This document shows positions 55,441-64,000 of a stretch of DNA of 64,000 nucleotides, piece by piece. Origin of the DNA: an uncultured virus (IMG/VR IMGVR_UViG_3300035670_000180) (lineage: Duplodnaviria; Heunggongvirae; Uroviricota; Caudoviricetes); the IMG/VR virus record IMGVR_UViG_3300035670_000180. One strand, 5' to 3'. The notes below the pieces were generated by a model. That model made no database searches and was not told where the DNA came from. It saw only the letters and a program-made list of their open reading frames with translations. Position 1 is the first letter of the stretch, and the number at the start of each line of letters is the position of its first letter. The translations under genes and the position numbers were made by a program.

Positions 55441-56406
55441 ATGAACATGCTGAAACGCGGCGTCCTCGCCGTGCTGATCTCCCTTGCCTGCGCGCTGCCC
55501 GTATCGGCGGCCGATGTCGGCGGCAGCTGCTGTGCCGATCTCGAAGAGCGGGTGAAGGAGATGGAGGCCACGGTTGCGACCAAGGGCAATCGCAAGGTCT
55601 CGGTGACGATCTCGGGCCAAGTGTCCAAGTCGCTTCTCTGGATCGATGGCGATGATGCTGTGATCGGCGACAACGCCAACAGCCCGAGCCGGGTCCGTGT
55701 CGACGGCAAGGCCAAGGTCAATGCCGATGTCGAGGCGGGCTACGTGTTCGAGATGAACGCCGACGCCCTGACGCTGCGGCATTCGTTCGTCTACCTCAAG
55801 ACGGCAATCGGCAAGGTCAGCCTCGGGCATACGTCGACGGCAACGGATGGCGTGAGCGAGGTATCGCTCGCCAACACGAACGTCGCGAACCTGCCGAGCA
55901 ACATCTACGGCGGCATCGTCGATGGACCGCGCCGGAACCTGATCCGCTACGATAGCCCGACTATTGCGGGGTTCTACGCCTCCGCCTCATGGGCGAGCGA
56001 GGATGAGTGGGACGCGGCGCTGCGATACGCGAGCGAGCTGGGCGAGTTCCGGCTGGCGGGTGCTGTCGGGTACGCGACCGACTTCGGCCTCGAGCGCTTG
56101 TCGGGGTCTGGCAGCGTGATGCACGTCCCGTCCGGCGTATTTCTCAACGGCATCTATGGTCGCGTCGATGATGCTGACGCTACGGCGTGGCATCTGACGG
56201 GCGGTGTTGAGCGCAAGCTGTCCGAGATTGGCGCGACGACGCTGTTTGCTGAGTACGGCAAGCTCGACGTGCTTGGCGTTTCCGGCGACGGCTTCGGCCT
56301 CGGGATCGTCCAGGCGGTCGACGCGGCGTCAATGGACCTGTTCGCGGCGTATCGCGACATCGACGATGTGTCGGTCATCCACGCGGGTGCCCGCATCAAG
56401 TTTTGA
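55441..56406 (+). CDS. Outer-membrane porin (alphaproteobacterial type)
   Basis: Signal peptide, ADVGGSCCADLEERV.E.EAT.A.KGNRKVS N-terminus, RYDSPTIAGF, amphipathic beta strands, terminal Phe. Confidence 0.85.
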   Translation: MNMLKRGVLAVLISLACALPVSAADVGGSCCADLEERVKEMEATVATKGNRKVSVTISGQVSKSLLWIDGDDAVIGDNANSPSRVRVDGKAKVNADVEAGYVFEMNADALTLRHSFVYLKTAIGKVSLGHTSTATDGVSEVSLANTNVANLPSNIYGGIVDGPRRNLIRYDSPTIAGFYASASWASEDEWDAALRYASELGEFRLAGAVGYATDFGLERLSGSGSVMHVPSGVFLNGIYGRVDDADATAWHLTGGVERKLSEIGATTLFAEYGKLDVLGVSGDGFGLGIVQAVDAASMDLFAAYRDIDDVSVIHAGARIKF

Positions 56407-56507
56407 GGCCTGCCGCACGCCCTGTGCCGCCGCCTCAAACTCGCGGAGGCTGAGAGTCCTCCGCGCGGGTCCCGGCTGCTTCGTCCCAGCCGGGACCCCT
56501 CCTTTTC
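56402..56507 (+). terminator. Three consecutive hairpins ending in a U-rich tract after the porin
   Basis: TTTGAGGC/GCCTCAAA, CGCGGAGG/CCTCCGCG, GGGTCCCGGCTG/CAGCCGGGACCC then CTCCTTTTC. Confidence 0.55.
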
Positions 56508-56688
56508 AATTCCACATTCGCGCGGCCCTCCAAGCAAAGGCCATTTACCAGTCGGGCGAGCGCGAGGCCGGTGGCGATCCCATCGGCCGAGATTGTCTGC
56601 GGATCGCGGAACACGCTTGAGCCGCGACATGGCGGGGCGGCACCAACACATGCCGCCCCGCGCTATCAATCCGGGGGGATTGCATCGC

Positions 56689-58482
56689 ATGGCGTTGATT
56701 GACGGACTGATGGAAGGCTTGCGCCTCCCGCCAGACATGACGGTATGCGAGTGGGCGGAGCAGAACGTCATCCTCGGCAATGAGAACGCGGAGCCGGGTC
56801 CATATCGCGTCTACCGCACGCCTTACGCGCGCGGGATGATGGACGTCTTGCTTGATCCAGACGTGGAGATCGTCGCCTATCACACGAGCGCCCAGGTCGC
56901 GAAGACCATGAGCATGCTCATCGGGATCGGCTACCATATCCACCATGATCCATGCGCGATGCTGATGGTCCTGCCGGATAACGGCATCGCCGAGACGTTC
57001 AGCAAGGCGAAGCTGACGCCCTACCTCAATTCGACCCAGGTATTGCGTGATCGAATCGGCGGCCTCGACGGCTCCAGGCAAAACTCCTCGACGATGTACC
57101 GCAAGGAGTTTCCGGGCGGCTACTTGGCCCTCGTGGGTGCCAAGACGCCTGCTGCCCTGGCAATGCAGTCCGTGAGGATCGTCTGGGCCGACGAGATCGA
57201 CCGCTTCCCCATGTCAGCCGGGCGCGAAGGCGATCCGCTTTGGCTCGCATTCGTGCGCGCCAGGACCTACGTCGGGCGCCGGAAGCTGGTCGTGTCGTCA
57301 ACACCGACGATCAAGAGCCAGTCGAACATCGACAATTACTACGAGGCCTCCGACAAGCGGCTGTTCCTCGTGCCCCTTCCGTGTGGCTGCGACATGCAAC
57401 ATTTGGAGTGGGGCAACGTCAGATGGGAGCCGGGACGCCCTGAGAGCGCCGAATACGCCTGCCGATACTGCGGCGAGCTGCACTCTGATCCCGCGCTGAA
57501 GCTGGCGATCCGCGATCCGCGAGCGAAGTGGGTGGCGACGGCGCCATTTACGGGAACGGCCGGGTTCCACATCTGGCAAATCTACTCGCCCTGGTCGTCG
57601 ATGCAGGAGATCGTCTCCACATATGAGCGATCCAAGGACAACCCGCTCACTTACGAGGGCTGGGTCAACACGGTCCTCGGCGAGTCGTGGGACCAGGACG
57701 AAAACAACCGTACATCGCCGGACCTGCTCTATGAGGGCCGCATCGAATTTCCCGGCGACAAGATACCGCGCGGGGCGGCGGTCGTATGCGCTGGCGTTGA
57801 CGTTCAGGGTGATCGCCTCGAGCTCCTTGTGGCGGCGTTCGGGCCGAAGCATTCGGTCTGGCTGCTCAACCATCAAGTGTTCTTCGGTGACGTGACCGGC
57901 GACGATGTCTGGACGCGCCTGGAGGACGCTCTGAAACGGCGCTACGCGCACGAGACGCATCCGCTGGTATCCCGGCCCATCGAAGGCGTTGCCATCGACT
58001 CCGGCGCCTACACGCAGCGCGTCTACGACTTCGTGGTCCGCGCGCATCGGCAGAGCCGCCCGTGGTTCGCGGTGAAGGGCCAGCCGGGCGAGCAGCGGCT
58101 GACGTGGGAGGCATCCAAGATGCGTCTCAAGGAGGGCACGCGGCTCTACAACGTCGGCGTCGATACGATGAAGACGGAAATCTACGCGCGTCTCGCCTCG
58201 GAGAGCGCCTCGGAGAACCGCATCTACATTCGGAACGCCGAATGCTTCACGAAAGAGTTCTGCGAGCAGCTTCTGGCCGAGCGGGTGCGCATCGTCCCGA
58301 CGCAGAAGGGGTTCCTGAAGCGTGAATGGCACAAGATCAGGCCGCGCAACGAAGCGCTGGACCTCTTGGTCTACGCAGAGGCGGTCCATCGCCACCTGAA
58401 CATCGACCACGTCGGCAGATTGCGGCGATTGAGCGAAACAAGGCCGCCATCGACGGCTGGTCTTGCAAAACTGTTCGTTTGA
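56689..58482 (+). CDS. Terminase large subunit (lambda gpA family)
   Basis: RTPYAR, SAQVAKT, ADEIDRF, SSTPT, GFHIWQIYSPW, GVDVQGDR, IDSG, RNEALD. Confidence 0.95.
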   Translation: MALIDGLMEGLRLPPDMTVCEWAEQNVILGNENAEPGPYRVYRTPYARGMMDVLLDPDVEIVAYHTSAQVAKTMSMLIGIGYHIHHDPCAMLMVLPDNGIAETFSKAKLTPYLNSTQVLRDRIGGLDGSRQNSSTMYRKEFPGGYLALVGAKTPAALAMQSVRIVWADEIDRFPMSAGREGDPLWLAFVRARTYVGRRKLVVSSTPTIKSQSNIDNYYEASDKRLFLVPLPCGCDMQHLEWGNVRWEPGRPESAEYACRYCGELHSDPALKLAIRDPRAKWVATAPFTGTAGFHIWQIYSPWSSMQEIVSTYERSKDNPLTYEGWVNTVLGESWDQDENNRTSPDLLYEGRIEFPGDKIPRGAAVVCAGVDVQGDRLELLVAAFGPKHSVWLLNHQVFFGDVTGDDVWTRLEDALKRRYAHETHPLVSRPIEGVAIDSGAYTQRVYDFVVRAHRQSRPWFAVKGQPGEQRLTWEASKMRLKEGTRLYNVGVDTMKTEIYARLASESASENRIYIRNAECFTKEFCEQLLAERVRIVPTQKGFLKREWHKIRPRNEALDLLVYAEAVHRHLNIDHVGRLRRLSETRPPSTAGLAKLFV

Positions 58483-58506
58483 GCCCGAAAAAGCAGGGAT
58501 TTTGGC

Positions 58507-58800
58507 ATGTCTTGCGACGAAAACACGGGCATCGACCCGTCCAATATGACCTGCTTCGAGTATGCCAACGCCCTGCTCGCCGCTTACACGTCGGCGATCA
58601 CGGGCGGGACGGCAGTTCAGGTCCGCCACGGCAACAACTGGGTGACGTATCGCACCGCCACGGCGAGCGACATGGTGCAGCTGCGCAATCTCTATCAGGC
58701 GGTGAGGGCGTCGTGCCCGGATGCCGCGCGATTGCCCGACCTATCGCCGTCTGCGCGGGTCATTCGCGGCCCATCGGCACGCCTTCGGATTTGCCGATGA
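58507..58800 (+). CDS. Head-tail joining protein (gpW-like)
   Basis: AY..AITGGTAVQVRHG...VTY pattern; between terminase and portal. Confidence 0.65.
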   Translation: MSCDENTGIDPSNMTCFEYANALLAAYTSAITGGTAVQVRHGNNWVTYRTATASDMVQLRNLYQAVRASCPDAARLPDLSPSARVIRGPSARLRICR

Positions 58801-59357
58801 TGCGCTGCGCGGCCCGGATGGCGATTGTCGCGGCGGCTGCGCTGATGTGCGGGCCTGCTGACGCGCAGACATTCGACATGCGCTGGATCGGCGAGGCAAT
58901 CGACGCTCGAAAGCCCGAAAAACCGCGAAAAAACAGCCATTTTCGGCCCAAAAAGCGCGAAAAAACACGGTCTGAAGCGCCGAAAAAGCCCGAAAAACCG
59001 CGTATTTTCGAGCGTTCCGACGCCCCAGAAGAGGCCGATAGCGTGCCGCGCGGGACGTGTTTGCCGCAAGTCGGGGCGATCTCGCATGAGCGTTTGAGCG
59101 CTGAAAACGCCTGGGAAGACGCTCAAAGGGCCTGGATGAACAGCGTCCGGTGGCTCTACGGCGAGCGTTTCATGTCGATTTCGACCGCATCGCGCGTTGT
59201 CCGCATCTGCAACATATCCGCATCGAGCCAAGGCGCGGCCGGACGCATGGGCGAAGCCTTGCGAGATGCTGCTGGCCTCGAGGTCGGCGGCTCGAAATGG
59301 CGCTGTCAGATCGAAGCGCAGCCCTGCATGGCGCCGCGCGAGGCGGGCGGCAGGTAA
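58797..59357 (+). CDS. Exported hypothetical protein
   Basis: ATGA-coupled; signal peptide, Lys-rich low-complexity segment, several Cys. Confidence 0.5.
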   Translation: MMRCAARMAIVAAAALMCGPADAQTFDMRWIGEAIDARKPEKPRKNSHFRPKKREKTRSEAPKKPEKPRIFERSDAPEEADSVPRGTCLPQVGAISHERLSAENAWEDAQRAWMNSVRWLYGERFMSISTASRVVRICNISASSQGAAGRMGEALRDAAGLEVGGSKWRCQIEAQPCMAPREAGGR

Positions 59358-59375
59358 AACACCAACGGAGGCCGC

Positions 59376-61070
59376 ATGTCCGGCGATAACGTGCCGCGCC
59401 GCATCGTCAGCGGCGAAGTCCTGGCCCCGAACCCTTGGGACTATCGCTCAAACCAGCATGCCGAGATCGCTTGTTGGCAGCCCCCGCTTGTCTCGGCAGA
59501 CGTCGAGATGCAGCCGGGCCTGCACGTCAACAGGGCGCGATCTCGCGAACTGGTCCATACCAACGCGTTTGCGTCCAACGCGCTCGAAACGCTGCGCGAC
59601 GGCGTCATCGGGCGGTCCTTCGATCTCGCGCTCATTCCCGACTACGATGTTCTGGGCGTGAGTGCCGACGAGGCCGACACCTGGGCTCAATTCGCCGAGG
59701 GCGAGTGGCGCCGGTATGCCTCGAGCTACCATTTCGACGTGGACGCCAGCCGCAAGAGCACCTGGACGTTTTTGATGCATCAAGTCATGGCGGGCGTGCA
59801 TGTCGATGGCGAGGTGCTTGGCATCGTGCGCGCCAAGGAAGGGCCGCTTGGCTATCAGACCTGCCTCCAGATGATCGAGCCCGAGCGCCTGGACGACCGC
59901 AACAATCAGGTCGACACGAACCTCGTGGAGATCAGATACGGCGTCGAGCGCGACGAATACGGCGAGCCCATCGCGTATCACATTCGCAAGTCGCACCCGT
60001 CCGACGCGCGATGGAACCTGCCCAGGACAGGCGACGACACCGTCCGCATCGAGCGGTACGGGCTGAACTATCGTCCCCAGGTGCTCCATGTTTTCGACGA
60101 GGATCGTCCCGGCATGACCAGGGGCGTGTCGCGGGCGATGATTACGTCGCTGCGGCAAATCAAGATGCTGCAGAGCTACAATGATGCGGAATTGGCAAAG
60201 CAAATCCAGGCGGCGTCGTTCGCGGCGGTCATCGAAAGCGAGCTGGACTATACCAAGGCGATGGGGCTCTTGGGCGACCAGATGGAGAGCTACGGCAACA
60301 ACATCACGACGGCGGCCGTCAGCCACCTGAAATCCATCGCGCCCTATCACAAGGAGACCGGGCTGAATTACGGGGGCGCGCGCGTTGTGCATCTCGTGCC
60401 CGGCGAGCAGCTTAAGCTGGTCCAATCAGCCGTCAGCGGCATGCAGATGGAGCCCTTCGAGCGGGCGTTCCTGCGCCAGATCGCGGCGGGCCTGAACGTG
60501 TCCTACGAGGACCTGTCGCGCGACTACTCCGACCTGTCCTATTCGGCGGCAAGGCAATCGCTCACCCAGGTCTGGCGGCGCTACCTGCGCATGCGCACGA
60601 TGCTCGTCCAGAAGTTCGCCATGCCGTTTGTCGCGGCGTGGATGGAAGAGGCGATCATGACCAAGCGTCTGCCGATGCTCGGGCGCTTCAAGGCGAACGA
60701 TCAGGGCTGGCGCAACGCGCGGCATGCCCTTGTTCGCGGCGATTTCATCAGCTGGGACCGCCCGATCATCGATCCGGTGAAGGAATACACCGGCAAGGGC
60801 ATCGCGATGGCCTACGGCCTGACGACGCTTCGTGATGAGGCGGCGGCCGAGGGCAGCGATTGGACGTCGAACCTTCGCCAGCGCGAACGCGAAATGCGCG
60901 AGCGCGAACGTCTTGGCCTGAACCAAGGCGGCGCCGATCCGACGCTCACGATTGGCGGCCAGGTGACGGATATGCCCGACGCAACGGCTGATGCCGGATC
61001 GGGCGGCGGCAATCGCAAAGCAGGCAACACCCAAGAGCAACGCCGGGCGCGCTCGGACGGCCGAGGATAA
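59376..61070 (+). CDS. Portal protein (lambda family)
   Basis: RARSRELV..N, LQMIEPERL, GVERDEYGEPIAY, RPGMTRGV, SYSAAR, IDPVKE. Confidence 0.95.
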   Translation: MSGDNVPRRIVSGEVLAPNPWDYRSNQHAEIACWQPPLVSADVEMQPGLHVNRARSRELVHTNAFASNALETLRDGVIGRSFDLALIPDYDVLGVSADEADTWAQFAEGEWRRYASSYHFDVDASRKSTWTFLMHQVMAGVHVDGEVLGIVRAKEGPLGYQTCLQMIEPERLDDRNNQVDTNLVEIRYGVERDEYGEPIAYHIRKSHPSDARWNLPRTGDDTVRIERYGLNYRPQVLHVFDEDRPGMTRGVSRAMITSLRQIKMLQSYNDAELAKQIQAASFAAVIESELDYTKAMGLLGDQMESYGNNITTAAVSHLKSIAPYHKETGLNYGGARVVHLVPGEQLKLVQSAVSGMQMEPFERAFLRQIAAGLNVSYEDLSRDYSDLSYSAARQSLTQVWRRYLRMRTMLVQKFAMPFVAAWMEEAIMTKRLPMLGRFKANDQGWRNARHALVRGDFISWDRPIIDPVKEYTGKGIAMAYGLTTLRDEAAAEGSDWTSNLRQREREMRERERLGLNQGGADPTLTIGGQVTDMPDATADAGSGGGNRKAGNTQEQRRARSDGRG

Positions 61071-61074
61071 CCTG

Positions 61075-62388
61075 ATGGCAGACCTACCACTACTGGCCGA
61101 GCGGCTGTTCAACAGGCCGCTTCTGGCAACGCCTCGCTATGCTCAAATCGTGACGTCGGTGCTCGCGAACCGCCTTCGGGTGCAGCCGATCCTGTCCACG
61201 GATGAGGTCGCGGCGAGCATGCGCCCAGGCCGGGCTCCTATGATGACGAAGGACGGCATCTACGTGCTGCCCATCGTCGGCGGCCTCGTCCATCGCGGCG
61301 ACAGCATCGAGGCGATGAGCGGCGGACCGACGAGCTACACGGCGATCCATAACAATCTGCTCGCGGCGATGGATAACCCGGACGTCCGGGCCATCCTGCT
61401 CGATATCGATAGCCCTGGCGGTCAGGCTGTGGGCTGCTTCGAGCTGGCCGACGCCATCGCGGACATGGGCAAGCGCAAGCCGATCCGGGCCGTGGCAAAC
61501 GGCATGGCGTGCAGCGCGGCATACGCCATCGGCGCATCGGTCGGCAGAGACAATTTCTACGTCACGCCATCCGGCGAGGTCGGCTCCATCGGCGTCGTCC
61601 TGATGCACGTCGACTATTCCGAGGCCATGAAGGAAGCCGGTGTCGCCGTGACCTACATTTACGCGGGCAGGCACAAGGTTGACGGCAATCCATACGAACC
61701 GCTGCCGCCTTCCGTCCGGGCTTCGATCCAAGACGAGATCGACGCCCGCTATGAAATGTTCGTCGCCATGGTCGAGAAGCATCGGCCCATGACGGCGCGC
61801 GAAATCCGCAAGACTGAGGCTGGGTGCTTCCCGGCAGATCGGGCCGTCGAATTGGGCCTTGCGGATGAGGTCGCGTCCATCGACGCGGTCTTGACGGCCA
61901 TGAGCCGAGAGCTTCGCCCCGCCAGCAGGGTCGTGAGCATTCCCAGGACTGGAGCAAACGCTATGACGATCACTCCTGCCGCGTCCCTGTCTATCGATGA
62001 GATGGGCGCGGCTTTCGATGCCGCCGTTGATAAAGCCCGCGCCGATACGCGCGCGCTCGTGACGGCTGAGATGCAGGCATCCGTGGCCGAGGCCTACGCC
62101 AAGGGCCGCGCGGACGCCGCCGCGATCTTCGCCCATGAGGCCGCCGTTGGTCGCGCCCCTCTGGCAGCGCGCATCGCTGGCAACGCCAAGTTCGATGTGA
62201 GCGAGGCCGTCGACATGCTCGCCGCAACACCGTCCGAGGACGGTGGCGCATCGTTCTCCGCCCGCCTCAAGGCCGCCGACCCGAAGGTTCCGGCCGATGC
62301 AGCCGCGCGCGCCGACGTGCCCCAGGCCGATGAGTACCAGACCGCCGTTCGCGGCCATCTGTCTCGCCTGATCAACCCTGTCCGATAA
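61075..62388 (+). CDS. Prohead protease S49 (gpC-like) with nested scaffold (internal ATG 61963)
   Basis: LDIDSPGG, ACSAAY, GSIGV, AGRHKVDGNP; GGAG RBS before in-frame ATG 61963. Confidence 0.9.
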   Translation: MADLPLLAERLFNRPLLATPRYAQIVTSVLANRLRVQPILSTDEVAASMRPGRAPMMTKDGIYVLPIVGGLVHRGDSIEAMSGGPTSYTAIHNNLLAAMDNPDVRAILLDIDSPGGQAVGCFELADAIADMGKRKPIRAVANGMACSAAYAIGASVGRDNFYVTPSGEVGSIGVVLMHVDYSEAMKEAGVAVTYIYAGRHKVDGNPYEPLPPSVRASIQDEIDARYEMFVAMVEKHRPMTAREIRKTEAGCFPADRAVELGLADEVASIDAVLTAMSRELRPASRVVSIPRTGANAMTITPAASLSIDEMGAAFDAAVDKARADTRALVTAEMQASVAEAYAKGRADAAAIFAHEAAVGRAPLAARIAGNAKFDVSEAVDMLAATPSEDGGASFSARLKAADPKVPADAAARADVPQADEYQTAVRGHLSRLINPVR

Positions 62389-62397
62389 GAGGCAGCA

Positions 62398-62793
62398 ATG
62401 AGCAGCAATCTTCCCCATCCCGCTTTCGGCGGCACCGTCTCGGCCCTGGTGATCAATCACCTGTTCATGCCGGGCAAGGACCCCGTGATGATGCCCTTCG
62501 TGATCGCTGCCGGTCAGCAGCTTGAGCCGGGTTCGATCATGGGCTTCCGCACCGCGACCGGCGAGGCCGTCCTCTCCGTGGCGGCGGCTGGCGACGGCTC
62601 CGAGGTCCCGAGCGCGATTCTGATCGAGCCGCTTGATACGTCGGCCGGTGCGCAGACGTTCAGCCTCTGCGTTGAGGGCGCGTTCAACGAATCCGCCCTT
62701 GTCTATGGCGTGGGCCACACGGCGGACACCGTGCGTCTCCCTCTGCGGGATCGCGGCGTGTACCTGTCCGTCCCCCGCTACAGCTTCGCCTGA
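62398..62793 (+). CDS. Head decoration protein (gpD-like)
   Basis: DGSEVPSAIL...GAFNESAL motif; between protease and capsid. Confidence 0.85.
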   Translation: MSSNLPHPAFGGTVSALVINHLFMPGKDPVMMPFVIAAGQQLEPGSIMGFRTATGEAVLSVAAAGDGSEVPSAILIEPLDTSAGAQTFSLCVEGAFNESALVYGVGHTADTVRLPLRDRGVYLSVPRYSFA

Positions 62794-62805
62794 TAGGAGC
62801 CCAGA

Positions 62806-63861
62806 ATGACCGTTGGAATGATCAACCGCTATACGAGCTGGGCGCAGGACGGCGTGGTGTCCACGATGGACCCCGTCTTCTCGTTCTTCATGCCGCAGTT
62901 CTTCTCGACCGTGAAGCAGTTCACGACCGAGTTCATCGAGTACGACATCGTCGAAGGCGGCATTCGCATCGCGCCGTTCGCGAGCCCGTTGTCTCTCGGC
63001 AAGAGCACGCGCGATACCGGGTACCGCACGTATCAGCTCAAGCCCGCGTACATCAAACTGCTGGACACCGTCCGTCCGCAGGAGGGCTTCATCCGCAAGC
63101 CGGGCGAGCAGTACGGCGGCACCATGACGCCGCTCCAGCGCCTTGCCATGTCGGAGGCGGAGAAGATCGCGCGTCACCGGCAGATGATCGACGTGCGCAT
63201 GGAGGCGATGGCGGCCGAGGCTCTGTTTACCGGCGCCCTGACCATCGTCGATGACGACTATCCGCGCGCGACGGTCGACTTCGAGCGTTCGCCAAACCTC
63301 AATGTCACGGCGGCCATGCCCTGGACGAACCCCGCCGCTGACGCGATGGGAGACATCCAGACCATCGCGGACGTGATGAATACCGAGACGCGCTCGGGCG
63401 CCATCGCGGACACGCTGGTGATGCGTTCCGGGACGTTCGATCTCCTCATGAAGAACACGGCAGTCCGTGACAGCCTGGATCGCAACGCCAACATCTCCGC
63501 GAACCAGAACCAGGGGTTCGAGGCGACGGGCCTGCGGTCGACCGACAAGCGCTCGCAGTATCGCGGCAAGCTCGGCGGCCAGTACGACCTGTGGACCTAT
63601 GACGGGTACTACGAGACCGACGTCGGCGGTCAGGCGTTCTTCACGCCCATCGACAAGGTTCTGGTCCTGTCGCAGCAGTCCATCGAGGGCGTGCGCTACC
63701 ACGGTGCGATTTTCGATCTCGATGCCGGGATGTCCGCCGTCGAAATCTTCGTGAAGACGCGCGAGCTGTGGAACCCCTCTGGCCGCGAAGTCCTGACGCA
63801 GTCGGCGCCGATGCTCGGCATGCGCCGCCCGAATGCGTCTGCGGTCCTCACTGTACGCTAA
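62806..63861 (+). CDS. Major capsid protein (lambda gpE family)
   Basis: IAPFASP...KPAYIK...R.E.MAAEAL..G...VDFER...TQSAP motifs. Confidence 0.93.
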   Translation: MTVGMINRYTSWAQDGVVSTMDPVFSFFMPQFFSTVKQFTTEFIEYDIVEGGIRIAPFASPLSLGKSTRDTGYRTYQLKPAYIKLLDTVRPQEGFIRKPGEQYGGTMTPLQRLAMSEAEKIARHRQMIDVRMEAMAAEALFTGALTIVDDDYPRATVDFERSPNLNVTAAMPWTNPAADAMGDIQTIADVMNTETRSGAIADTLVMRSGTFDLLMKNTAVRDSLDRNANISANQNQGFEATGLRSTDKRSQYRGKLGGQYDLWTYDGYYETDVGGQAFFTPIDKVLVLSQQSIEGVRYHGAIFDLDAGMSAVEIFVKTRELWNPSGREVLTQSAPMLGMRRPNASAVLTVR

Positions 63862-63873
63862 GGAGCGAGATCA

Positions 63874-64000
63874 ATGGCAAGTCCCTACAGCGCCAACATG
63901 ACGAGCGTCGTGGTGCATCCCCCGTGGGCACCTGGGATGACATATGCGGTCGGCGACTTCGTCGTGGATAGCGGGATCGCCTACTCGGTGCTCTCGCCCC
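63874..64000 (+). CDS. Start of a virion protein with a carbohydrate-binding-like motif (3'-truncated)
   Basis: RBS AAGGAG; MASPYSANMTSVVVHPPWAPGMTYAVGDFVVDSGIAY. Confidence 0.6.
   Translation, partial: MASPYSANMTSVVVHPPWAPGMTYAVGDFVVDSGIAYSVLSP

Noticed and set aside
56884..56907. Inactive terminase because Walker A reads SAQVAKT
   Set aside because: Single G-to-A deviation with the Lys-Thr and all other motifs intact; not enough to call loss of function.
61090..63702. 870-aa minus-strand ORF and similar long antisense ORFs (e.g. 18061..19833, 57298..58629)
   Set aside because: Shadow frames of well-supported plus-strand genes in high-GC DNA, with no recognisable motifs.

Overview
The window is most of a temperate phage genome (high GC, host probably an alphaproteobacterium, Hyphomicrobiales-like porin), read in circularly permuted order: repeat-rich virion/fibre genes and lysis cassette (1-8.0 kb), Mu-like contractile tail and baseplate (8-25 kb), a leftward early/accessory arm with tyrosine integrase and a tRNA-Met 3'-half attP (25.5-39.7 kb), cI/cro, replication genes with an iteron origin (39-48 kb), and a lambda-like packaging/head module (52-64 kb). 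The top finding is at 32.3-34.4 kb: a nuclease-less Nop-domain (IS110-related) protein flanked by two arrays totalling nine stem-loop units, each holding two ~9-nt variable spacers around a constant TGAAACCCT loop. This is the architecture of a TIGR-Tas (TasA-type) RNA-guided system, here with an unknown ORF embedded between the arrays. Two further RNA-guided nucleases are present. A TnpB element sits in a gene whose 3' end has been replaced by a recoded, guide-resistant copy. An IscB element is inserted exactly between an RBS and its ATG and supplies a replacement RBS. Other oddities: a DfrB (R67 DHFR) homologue, a Cdc123-like ATP-grasp protein, a porin between the terminase genes, an apparently non-cleavable repressor with at least 10 dispersed TTGCR-N5-TGCAA sites, and two lysozymes with altered active-site regions. 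All calls come from motifs read by eye; no database searches were run.
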